A stretch of 55,753 nucleotides of DNA from Patescibacteria group bacterium (GCA_028715115.1 JAQUSN010000001.1:133314-189066); one strand, 5' to 3'. Numbered from the stretch's first letter, positions 1 to 6,823 are shown. Made by a program: numbers and translations. The notes: generated by a model not told the origin, from the letters alone.

Positions 1-1344
1 CCTATCACCGTCGAACCAAATATTTCTTCTGGTTATCAGGTTAAGTTTAACGGACAAGCTGTTGATGTTAATAAGCTCGGTTCGCGCTTCCAGGTCGATT
101 ATAATTTTTCGCTAAAAAAATATTTTATCAATGACCAAAACGGACAACGAATCTTAATGACTGACCAATCCATTGAATTTGTCCCAACTAATGGGACTGA
201 TCAATTGAAATTAACAGCTGGTTCTTCTTATAACTTTTGTGGTTATTTAAAATTTGTCTATCAATCTACCAATTCGAGACTATCCATTTTAACCAATACA
301 GCCGAGTCATGTTATCCTAAATTAATCGCTCCTGTGCCAACAATAAGCCCAATCCCTCAGCCGGAAGTTTGGTGGCAAGCTATTAGTGCCGACACAAGCG
401 CTACAAGCGATTTTCGCTTTGAGCAAGAGCCGATCATAAAAGTTGGCTTACTTTATCAAACCGCTGACTCTCAAGCGAATTTGCCGTTTAAAATTCATAC
501 GCTTAATAACAAGCCATACGAACTTAGAGACGATAATAATAATTTATTGACTATGGCCACAACTGGAGACACCTTGACTGTTGATTTTGATTTTATATTA
601 AATAAAACATTTGTTGATTCAAATGGCGTTAGATTATTCTTAACCGATTCGCCGCTTCATTTTGTCGCTAGAGAACCCGAAACTATTTTTGAAATCTCTT
701 CATGGAAAAATGGCCCGTTCTGGGGCATGAATGTCAATGACAATGACTATCGCGGCAATCTAATTGTTGAGTATAATCCGAATACGGAAAGATTTTGGCT
801 AATTAACGAAATCGGCATGGAAGAATATTTGCGCGGCAACAGCGAAATTTGGGACACTTGGCCCACTGAAATGTTAAAAGCACAAATAATTGCCGCGCGA
901 ACCTATGCGCTCTTTAGATACATCAATCCAAAATATACTAATTCGCCATCGGCCGATGATGATCCGATTTTTACCGTGCGCTCTACGCAAGCCGATCAGG
1001 TTTATCGCGGCTATCAGGGAGAATTGCGCAATCCAAACATCGTTCAAGCCGCCTCTGACACGCGCGCCATGATTGCTACTTATAATAACGATCCTATCTT
1101 GGCTTATTATTTTGCCCAAACTAACGGACGAACCCGCGATTCGGTTTCGGCTGGCATGACGCGGGCACCAGTTGACTATTTAAAAGGCGTCATTGATCCG
1201 CCAGGCGAGGGCCTAACCCTAAAAGGACACGGCGTAGGACTACCGCAAGTAGGCGGCAAGGTGGCAGCTCAACAAGGAGCAAATTTTGCCCAAATTTTAA
1301 AATATTATTATCAAGGCATTCAAATTAAAAAGCTCTATCCATAA
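1..1344 (+). CDS. SpoIID/LytB-domain protein (5' end outside window)
   Basis: Frame 1 is open from base 1 into the 157..1344 ORF. The C-terminal half carries SpoIID-like motifs (AQIIAARTYAL, YYFAQTNGRT, GHGVGL). Confidence 0.7.
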   Translation, partial: PITVEPNISSGYQVKFNGQAVDVNKLGSRFQVDYNFSLKKYFINDQNGQRILMTDQSIEFVPTNGTDQLKLTAGSSYNFCGYLKFVYQSTNSRLSILTNTAESCYPKLIAPVPTISPIPQPEVWWQAISADTSATSDFRFEQEPIIKVGLLYQTADSQANLPFKIHTLNNKPYELRDDNNNLLTMATTGDTLTVDFDFILNKTFVDSNGVRLFLTDSPLHFVAREPETIFEISSWKNGPFWGMNVNDNDYRGNLIVEYNPNTERFWLINEIGMEEYLRGNSEIWDTWPTEMLKAQIIAARTYALFRYINPKYTNSPSADDDPIFTVRSTQADQVYRGYQGELRNPNIVQAASDTRAMIATYNNDPILAYYFAQTNGRTRDSVSAGMTRAPVDYLKGVIDPPGEGLTLKGHGVGLPQVGGKVAAQQGANFAQILKYYYQGIQIKKLYP

Positions 1345-1348
1345 CCTC

Positions 1349-1377
1349 TTGATTTACTGGGGGAAATTTGATACAAT
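1349..1377 (+). promoter_or_regulatory. Candidate sigma70-type promoter for the tRNA-Pro/tRNA-Gly pair
   Basis: TTGATT (1349-1354), 17-nt spacer, TACAAT (1372-1377), about 30 nt upstream of tRNA-Pro. Confidence 0.4.
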
Positions 1378-1408
1378 ATTGAAATCCAATATTTCTTTTT
1401 TTATATAA

Positions 1409-1485
1409 CGGGGTGTGGCCCAGTAGTCTAAGGCGTCTGCTTTGGGAGCAGAAGACCGTGGGTGCGAATCCCACCACCCCGACCA
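1409..1485 (+). tRNA. tRNA-Pro (anticodon TGG), CCA encoded
   Basis: Hand-folded cloverleaf. Acceptor CGGGGTG/CACCCCG, anticodon stem TCTGC/GCAGA with loop TTTGGGA, T stem GTGGG/CCCAC, 3' ACCA. The T loop reads TGCGAAT rather than TTCGAAT. Confidence 0.85.
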
Positions 1486-1493
1486 ATTAACAT

Positions 1494-1564
1494 GCGGGTA
1501 TCGTATAGCGGCATTACCTCAGCTTTCCAAGCTGATGAGAGGGGTTCGACTCCCCTTACCCGCT
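1494..1564 (+). tRNA. tRNA-Gly (anticodon TCC)
   Basis: Acceptor GCGGGTA/TACCCGC, anticodon stem TCAGC/GCTGA with loop TTTCCAA, T arm AGGGG-TTCGACT-CCCCT. No encoded CCA. Confidence 0.9.
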
Positions 1565-1598
1565 TATATAAAACAGAATAAAAAGCAAAAACAAAAAA

Positions 1599-1624
1599 CG
1601 GGCCAAGATGGCTCGCTTTTTTAT
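1599..1624. terminator. Bidirectional hairpin terminator between the tRNA pair and the LutB-like gene
   Basis: CGGGCC-AAGAT-GGCTCG hairpin with one G.U pair. It is followed by CTTTTTTATT on the plus strand and preceded by an A-rich run, which is a T-run on the minus strand. Confidence 0.5.
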
Positions 1625-1640
1625 TATATAAAAATAATTT

Positions 1641-2888
1641 TTAGCAACAGAATAAACTACCAGGCGGTTGGTCACCAATTTCGCCAAACGGATTGCCATA
1701 TTTTTCTAGATTGGCAATCATTTTTTTATTTTCTTCAGTCGATAGGGCTGCACCATTTAATTTTTGCCTGACTTTTTTCATCAGTTCGGGTAAATCAATC
1801 ACCGGACAATTTATAAAACACGATGAGCATAAGGTGCAGGAATAGGCATTGGCCTTTTTTGCCTCGGATAACCCGCGTGATAAAGCGGCAAAAATAATTC
1901 CTTTACTACCCAGATATTTGTCACCATATTGCCGTCCTAGGTTGTGAAAGGCTGGACAGAAATTAAGACAAGCGCCGCAGTTTAAACAATATAGCAATTC
2001 TACAAAGCCCTCTTGCATCAATCGCGAACGACCATTATCAACTAAAATTAAATAAACCTGTTTTGGACCCTGGGCGCCGATGACCAATTTATTCTGCACA
2101 TCGCCGGTTTTGGATGGACCAGAAATTATCGAAACGTAAGTCGGCCAATCCTGACCCGTACCCCAAACCGCGGAAGCCTTAACAATTTGCATGGCCGCCT
2201 CAAGATCAGGCACTAACTTTTCAACGCTAGAAATAATAATATGTTTAGTCGGCCAGCGCGAAACCAAAGAAACATTACCCTCATTTTCCAATAGAACTAT
2301 TTTTCCGTCGCTAGTAATGGCGTTAGCGCCAGTAATGCCGACGGTAGCTTCAATAATTTTTTGGTGAATTTTTTCTCGGGCAAAAGCGGCGATAGCCTCT
2401 GGCGTAACCTCTATTTTACGGCCAAATTTTTGATAAATCTTGTCAACAATTCTTTGCGGCGCAACGTGAAGGGCCGGAATAACCGGATGTAAATCTTCTT
2501 CGCCCAGTAAATGATTTATCCAGTCGCCCAAATCGGTCTCCACTAATTCTTTGTCGGAAAAAGCCTGAGCAACGTCAATTTCATCGGCGATATTTGATTT
2601 TGATTTTAAAATTAAACGATCGTCTTGGCATAATCCGCTTAAAATATTTCTAGCTTCGACGTCATCTTTAACTTCAATGACTTTAATTTTATTTTTTTCT
2701 AAATTAGCGATGGTCTGTTTTTTTATCACCTCTAAGTTGGTAAAAACATCTCTTTTCATGTGGCGAATTTTTTTTGCCAATTCATCTCGCTCTTGAGAAC
2801 TCAAAGCCTTCTCGCGTTTTTGGCGATATTCTAAAACAACCTGCCAAATGTTTTCTTTTATTTCCGGTGGTAATAAATTTTTAGACAT
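1641..2888 (-). CDS. LutB-like iron-sulfur protein with LUD (DUF162) domain
   Basis: 415 aa. Two ferredoxin-type cluster motifs (CLNCGACLNFCP, CTLCSSCFINCP) plus an LUD-like region. Sits in an operon with a LutA-like CCG-domain protein. Confidence 0.65.
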   Translation of the reverse strand: MSKNLLPPEIKENIWQVVLEYRQKREKALSSQERDELAKKIRHMKRDVFTNLEVIKKQTIANLEKNKIKVIEVKDDVEARNILSGLCQDDRLILKSKSNIADEIDVAQAFSDKELVETDLGDWINHLLGEEDLHPVIPALHVAPQRIVDKIYQKFGRKIEVTPEAIAAFAREKIHQKIIEATVGITGANAITSDGKIVLLENEGNVSLVSRWPTKHIIISSVEKLVPDLEAAMQIVKASAVWGTGQDWPTYVSIISGPSKTGDVQNKLVIGAQGPKQVYLILVDNGRSRLMQEGFVELLYCLNCGACLNFCPAFHNLGRQYGDKYLGSKGIIFAALSRGLSEAKKANAYSCTLCSSCFINCPVIDLPELMKKVRQKLNGAALSTEENKKMIANLEKYGNPFGEIGDQPPGSLFCC

Positions 2889-3185
2889 TTACCTGCCTAA
2901 AATTTTTGTCTTTAAGGCCTCTTTGGGAGTTAAAGACGCAAAAAAACTTTTTAAAATATTTTTTAACTGATTGCGACCCCAACCAGTTTTAAGCCATTGT
3001 TCTCTACAAAAAGCATCGTGCTTATTAATAAACGCTTCATAATAAATTAACTTAAAAGGAGCACGTTTTTTTGTTGCATAAACTCTGCCTGTATTGTGCA
3101 GTAATAGGCGCTGTTTTAGATTATTGGTACAACCAAGATATAGTAGGCCATCCTTCTTGCTCTGTAAAACATAGACATAATACAT
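2889..3185 (-). CDS. Small GIY-YIG nuclease family protein
   Basis: 98 aa. The N-terminus YVYVLQS...GLLYLGCTNNLKQRLLLHN is typical of the short UPF0213-type GIY-YIG domain. Its stop codon abuts the LutB-like start codon. Confidence 0.8.
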   Translation of the reverse strand: MYYVYVLQSKKDGLLYLGCTNNLKQRLLLHNTGRVYATKKRAPFKLIYYEAFINKHDAFCREQWLKTGWGRNQLKNILKSFFASLTPKEALKTKILGR

Positions 3186-3194
3186 ATTTTAAAC

Positions 3195-3935
3195 TCAAAA
3201 ATTTTGGCGGGTAAATAATTGGCTTAATTCTTTTACTTCTAGACCTTGAGAATTTTCTTTTAAATTCATATAACACAAAGGGCAGCTGGTAACCAAAATT
3301 GGCGCGCCGGTTTGCTTGGCCTGATTGATTCTGTCTTTGGCGATTTGATTGGCCAATCCCGGCTCATTGGACTTTACTCCGCCTCCGCCGCCGCAGCAAT
3401 AAGATTCTTGACGATTTAACGTCATTTCTTTTATTTCATAGCCTAATTTTTGCAAAACTTGACGCGGCGCCTCGTAAACTCCCATTTGCCGACCCAAATG
3501 ACAAGGATCATGATAAGTAATCATTCCAGAGCTTACGGATTTAATCTTAAATTTTTCATCTCGAATTGCCCGCTCTATAGTTTCGCTAATATGCTCTATC
3601 TCGATATCCCATTTTTCTCCGAGGATGATCGGGTATTCTTTTTTAAAAATCATAAAACAGGCCGGGCAGTTGGTAATAATCTTTTTAATGCCATGGTCCT
3701 TGAAAATTTTTAAATTTTTCTCAGCCAATTCTTTGAAATTTTTTTGGTAGCCTGCTTTTAGGGCGGGCGAGCCGCAGCAAACTTCCATAGAAGAAAGTTC
3801 AATAAAATCTATTTTAGCCTGGCGCAAAATCCGTCGGTAATTTTCTAATAAGTCCTTACCGACAAATTTAGTTAAACACCCAGGATAATAAAGGGTGTTT
3901 TGTCCGCTAAAAATTTTTGATAAAAAAGAAGTCAT
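3195..3935 (-). CDS. LutA-like (Fe-S) oxidoreductase with cysteine-rich CCG domains
   Basis: 246 aa with two CCG-type cysteine motifs (VCCGSPA, YCCGGGGG, CPAC, CPLC). Confidence 0.65.
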   Translation of the reverse strand: MTSFLSKIFSGQNTLYYPGCLTKFVGKDLLENYRRILRQAKIDFIELSSMEVCCGSPALKAGYQKNFKELAEKNLKIFKDHGIKKIITNCPACFMIFKKEYPIILGEKWDIEIEHISETIERAIRDEKFKIKSVSSGMITYHDPCHLGRQMGVYEAPRQVLQKLGYEIKEMTLNRQESYCCGGGGGVKSNEPGLANQIAKDRINQAKQTGAPILVTSCPLCYMNLKENSQGLEVKELSQLFTRQNF

Positions 3936-3938
3936 TTT

Positions 3939-4613
3939 TTAGGCTAATAGTAATAAGATCGCCAAGCCAACCAAAAATAGCCCGGCCGCCAGCTTCATCC
4001 AGTGGCGATTTTTTTGCCGCCATACTTCCAGCTTCTCTGAAGATAAGCCAAAATTAACTAAAAGAAGTATTAATAATAACGGCAAAATAAAAACAAAATT
4101 ATACAACAACAAATACAAAACTCCCTTGCCCCGACTGCATGATTCCGCCAAAAGACACAAAACGCCGAGATAAATTCCGCCAGTACAAGGTAGCTCAAAG
4201 GCTGAAACCAAAAACCCCAAAATAACAGCGCCGGGAATCGAGGCTTGATGAATATATTTTTCTATAATTGGTTTCTTTGATTTGGGAATGGCCAGAGTAA
4301 AGCCCCGTCCATACCAAAAAAAATCTTTTAAATTAACCAGGCCCATCAAAATCAAAAGACCAGCGGCGACTTTGGTAATCAATGAACCGATTTTAAAGGT
4401 GGTAAAAATTTGTAAAATGCCTAGGCCGGCTAAAAAATAAACTACGAAAACCGTCAAAATATAAATCAGGCCAATTCGAAAGGTTCGCCGAGGTGAACCG
4501 ATCAGCGTCAAATAGCTCAATAAAAAAATTAAAACAGCAAAAGCGCAAGGATTAATCGAGTCTATGGCCGCCGCGCCAACAACCGTAGGAATGTTTAAAA
4601 TTTGTAAATTCAT
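3939..4613 (-). CDS. CcdA/DsbD-type thiol-disulfide transporter membrane protein
   Basis: 224 aa and polytopic. Conserved Cys in NPCAF and ELPCTGG helices. 4-nt overlap with the upstream thioredoxin-like gene. Confidence 0.6.
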   Translation of the reverse strand: MNLQILNIPTVVGAAAIDSINPCAFAVLIFLLSYLTLIGSPRRTFRIGLIYILTVFVVYFLAGLGILQIFTTFKIGSLITKVAAGLLILMGLVNLKDFFWYGRGFTLAIPKSKKPIIEKYIHQASIPGAVILGFLVSAFELPCTGGIYLGVLCLLAESCSRGKGVLYLLLYNFVFILPLLLILLLVNFGLSSEKLEVWRQKNRHWMKLAAGLFLVGLAILLLLA

Positions 4614-5137
4614 TTTTTTCTTTTAAACAATTTGATGACCGCGAAAACAATAATTGCCAAAACCAAAATTATTATTGCCCAACCAATAATGGCTTGTTTG
4701 GCGGTTCCCTCTGACTGATTGTTTTGATCGGCTAAAACTTTATCCTGTGGCGAAGAACAAGTCTGATTGGCGCAACGCAAAACCTCGTTGGTAATTTGAT
4801 TTTTAACGTTATCGTCATAACCAACCCAGGCCTTGTCATTAAGAAAAATAACCGGGACGACCAAATTAGATAAATCTAAATTATAGGCTTTGGCGAAGGC
4901 AAAATATAATTTTCGATTATCATTGTTATAGTAAACTTCAAAAGGTTTTATCTGCACTTGCGGATGTTCTTTGACTAAATCGCTAAAAAAAGCCTCGGCT
5001 TGAACGCAATGCGGGCAACCTTCACCGCGGAAAAAATATAATTCAATGGGTTTGTTTTGCGCTAAGGCCTTGGGAGCAGAAAAAAAACCGCCTAAAAATA
5101 TCAGCGCTAAAATTATAAGGAAGATTTTGTTTTTCAT
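4610..5137 (-). CDS. Secreted, membrane-anchored thioredoxin-fold protein (CPHC)
   Basis: Start moved to ATG 5137 (MKNKIFLIILALIFLGG signal sequence). CPHC redox motif and a C-terminal TM anchor. The upstream part of the tracked ORF overlaps the tRNA-like remnant. Confidence 0.6.
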   Translation of the reverse strand: MKNKIFLIILALIFLGGFFSAPKALAQNKPIELYFFRGEGCPHCVQAEAFFSDLVKEHPQVQIKPFEVYYNNDNRKLYFAFAKAYNLDLSNLVVPVIFLNDKAWVGYDDNVKNQITNEVLRCANQTCSSPQDKVLADQNNQSEGTAKQAIIGWAIIILVLAIIVFAVIKLFKRKK

Positions 5138-5207
5138 ATGATCATTATAATGGTTATAAAAAAGATGTCTACTAAAATAACAAGCGGTCCAAAAACCGCC
5201 CATTATT

Positions 5208-5353
5208 TGGTGCCGGGGGACAGAGCCCCGCAGAATCACCTTCGGTGATCTACGGGGTAAATTGAACTATCGACAATCCTCAGTACAGATAAAATTTTCA
5301 GTCTTCGCTCTACTTCACCCCGCCCCTTACGGGCGGGGCAAGCTGAGCTGTCC
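5208..5353 (-). pseudogene. Decayed tRNA-Phe-like copy with two GC-hairpin insertions, ending in CCA
   Basis: The reverse complement aligns to the intact tRNA-Phe from the end of the acceptor 5' strand through D stem (GCTC..GAGC), loop CTGAAAA and 3' CTCTGTCCCCCGGCACCA. It is interrupted by the hairpins CCCCGCCC-GTAAG-GGGCGGGG (tRNA orientation) and CCCCGTAGATCACC-GAAG-GGTGATTCTGCGGGG (tRNA orientation). The first four acceptor nucleotides are missing. Confidence 0.55.
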
Positions 5354-5588
5354 CAATTAATCTATTTTTATAAATCACATTTTTCTTTTTAAGCCAACGT
5401 TCATGTTTACGAGCATCCTGATAACCAGAATAAACTTTAACATAAACCAATTCCCATGGTTTATGCTTATTTGTAATTTTTGATTTACCCGAATTATGCT
5501 CAAAAAGTCTTCGTGTTGGATTTGTGGAAATACCCGTATAAAATTGTTTATTTTTTATACTTCGAATTAAATAAACAGCGCAATTCAT
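5310..5588 (-). CDS. Small GIY-YIG nuclease family protein (second copy)
   Basis: 92 aa. AVYLIRS...QFYTGISTNPTRRLFEHN GIY-YIG core. Starts 18 nt after the tRNA-Phe 3' end. The last roughly 14 codons read into the tRNA-like remnant. Confidence 0.75.
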   Translation of the reverse strand: MNCAVYLIRSIKNKQFYTGISTNPTRRLFEHNSGKSKITNKHKPWELVYVKVYSGYQDARKHERWLKKKNVIYKNRLIGTAQLAPPVRGGVK

Positions 5589-5606
5589 AAATAAAAAATT
5601 TGCTAT

Positions 5607-5678
5607 TGCCGGGGGACAGAGTTGAACTGTCGACGCAAGGATTTTCAGTCCTTCGCTCTACCGCTGAGCTACCCCGGC
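5607..5678 (-). tRNA. tRNA-Phe (anticodon GAA)
   Basis: The reverse complement folds as GCCGGGG-TA-GCTC-AGCGGTA-GAGC-G-AAGGA-CTGAAAA-TCCTT-GCGTC-GACAG-TTCAACT-CTGTC-CCCCGGC-A. Flanked by the 13-nt inverted repeat AAATTTGCTATTG / CAATAGCAAATTT. Confidence 0.9.
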
Positions 5679-5723
5679 AAATCCCCGACAATAGCAAATT
5701 TTAAATAATAAAAAGAAAAATAA

Positions 5724-5735
5724 TACCCCGGCAAA
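5724..5735 (-). repeat. 12-nt duplicate of the tRNA-Phe 5' end plus leader (TTTGCCGGGGTA)
   Basis: TACCCCGGCAAA on the plus strand at 5724..5735 is identical to 5670..5681, which covers the first 9 nt of tRNA-Phe plus 3 leader nt. Confidence 0.6.
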
Positions 5736-5797
5736 CAATAAAATTATTATAAAGATTTAAATAATTTAGTCAATTATCTTTGGTGGGCACTGAGGGT

Positions 5798-5883
5798 TCC
5801 GCCAACTGGCGGAGAACCCCTGGCCTAAATGGGCGACCAATCCGCCAACTGGCGGAGAACCCCTGGCCTAAATGGGCGACCAA
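5798..5883. repeat. Perfect 43-bp tandem duplication (2 copies) that includes the tRNA-Val 3' end
   Basis: TCCGCCAACTGGCGGAGAACCCCTGGCCTAAATGGGCGACCAA at 5798..5840 and again at 5841..5883. The last 11 nt of each unit are the tRNA-Val 3' end (TTGGTCGCCCA on the minus strand). Confidence 0.9.
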
Positions 5884-5943
5884 GGAATCGAACCTTGTTT
5901 TCTTCCGTGTAAAGGAAATGTTTTGCCATTAAACTAGTCGCCC
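5873..5943 (-). tRNA. tRNA-Val (anticodon TAC)
   Basis: The reverse complement is GGGCGAC-TA-GTTT-AATGGCA-AAAC-A-TTTCC-TTTACAC-GGAAG-AAAA-CAAGG-TTCGATT-CCTTG-GTCGCCC-A. Confidence 0.9.
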
Positions 5944-5974
5944 TTGTATGATTAATTATACCATTTTTTTCTTT

Positions 5975-6008
5975 TTTCTCAAGAAAAACGGGGCGCAGAA
6001 CGCGCCCC
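5975..6008 (-). terminator. Intrinsic terminator ending the tRNA-Ala transcription unit
   Basis: GGGGCGC-GTTCT-GCGCCCC hairpin followed by GTTTTTCTTG on the minus strand. Confidence 0.6.
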
Positions 6009-6160
6009 GCCCCAAGGAGGTTCTCATGCCTAGGGGGCTGGGAACCCGCGGTCACACTCCATGATTAACCTCGGGAAGATCTCTCAAACGTGAGTTTGGG
6101 CCCTGACGTTCTAGAGAAGTCGGGACTCCGACTGCAACGTCGGAGAGATACGAGGCAAAA
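6009..6160 (-). other. GC-rich structured segment co-transcribed downstream of tRNA-Ala (unclassified RNA?)
   Basis: About 150 nt between the tRNA-Ala 3' end and the terminator. Contains the hairpins CTCCGAC-GTTGCA-GTCGGAG and TCTCTAGAACGT..ACGTTTGAGAGA. No convincing ORF on the minus strand. Confidence 0.3.
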
Positions 6161-6233
6161 GGGGCCGTATGCGAATTGAACGCATGACCTCCGCCTTGCA
6201 AAGGGGGAGCTCTACCAACTGAGCTAACGGCCC
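6161..6233 (-). tRNA. tRNA with anticodon TGC (Ala-like) but a G3-C70 acceptor pair
   Basis: The reverse complement is GGGCCGT-TA-GCTC-AGTTGGTA-GAGC-T-CCCCC-TTTGCAA-GGCGG-AGGTC-ATGCG-TTCAATT-CGCAT-ACGGCCC-C. There is a C-C mismatch in the anticodon stem and the discriminator is C. Confidence 0.7.
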
Positions 6234-6249
6234 GACTATCAATATAAAA

Positions 6250-6278
6250 AATATAGCAAATTTATAAAATTTTGTCAA
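6250..6278 (-). promoter_or_regulatory. Consensus-like promoter for the tRNA-Ala unit
   Basis: The minus strand reads TTGACA-aaattttataaatttgc(17)-TATATT. The -10 element ends about 16 nt upstream of the tRNA 5' end. Confidence 0.55.
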
Positions 6279-6330
6279 GAATTTATCTGCTTTATCTTAG
6301 CATTGACCGTCTTAGTTTTTGACAGAGGGA

Positions 6331-6359
6331 TTGACAAAAATGAAAAAATATGATAAATT
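6331..6359 (+). promoter_or_regulatory. Promoter of GC-rich cassette 1a
   Basis: TTGACA (6331-6336), 17 nt, TAAATT (6354-6359). Confidence 0.5.
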
Positions 6360-6388
6360 AATTGTTAACAACCAAACGAGAGGTAATC

Positions 6389-6790
6389 TTGTCAAACAAA
6401 GTAATCCGCGCGCTCTTAGTGCTTATGCTCGTTGCAGCTCTCTGGGCGCTAGCCAGGGGAATTGCGGGGGCGACCAGTCGTCTCGACAACTCGTGCCTAG
6501 GTTCAGAAGTGACCATCTTCGCCCTGATAACCGCGATTGTCTGGATGGTCGCACCCAATGCAAACGAGGCAACGCCTAAAGGCGTAGCCTGGACCATTAT
6601 CGGCACCATACTGCCATTCGCTTGGGTGCTGGCCCAGACGTTCTTCTTCCGCAGTCAACCGTTTGAGGTTAATCGATCGCTCTGGGCGAGCTTTATCGTC
6701 GCCGTAATCGGCTACTGGCTCATCTTTCTGGGCGGCACCTTTGCTCTGCCCGAACAAAAAGAACAGGTAGCGGCACTGTCGCCGCCGTAG
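6389..6790 (+). CDS. GC-rich orphan small membrane protein (about 4 TM)
   Basis: TTG start 5 nt after GAGAGG. 133 aa, hydrophobic (LLVLMLVAALWALA, IFALITAIVWMV, IIGTILPFAWVLAQTFFF, FIVAVIGYWLIFLGG). Bracketed by a promoter and a terminator. The tracked start at 6362 lies at the predicted transcription start. Confidence 0.5.
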   Translation: MSNKVIRALLVLMLVAALWALARGIAGATSRLDNSCLGSEVTIFALITAIVWMVAPNANEATPKGVAWTIIGTILPFAWVLAQTFFFRSQPFEVNRSLWASFIVAVIGYWLIFLGGTFALPEQKEQVAALSPP

Positions 6791-6823
6791 ATAAACCAAG
6801 GAGGCATATGTCTATCCGTGCAG

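Noticed and set aside
5825-6055. 76-aa minus-strand ORF across the tRNA-Val gene and the 43-bp repeats
   Set aside because: It overlaps a well-folded tRNA and a tandem repeat, and it has no SD or promoter.
6026-6064. 12-codon plus-strand mini-ORF with a strong SD (AAGGAGG-ttctc-ATG)
   Set aside because: No plus-strand promoter is apparent. It lies antisense to the tRNA-Ala co-transcript and immediately after that unit's terminator hairpin. It is kept only as a remark because it resembles the SD-led mini-ORF at 40718.
6362-6388. Upstream starts given by the ORF track for the GC-rich cassettes (6362, 6905, 42209, 44146, 40518)
   Set aside because: These positions fall at or upstream of the predicted -10 box or transcription start, or inside the leader stem or the SD itself. 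In-frame GTG, TTG or ATG codons with correctly spaced SDs lie downstream.
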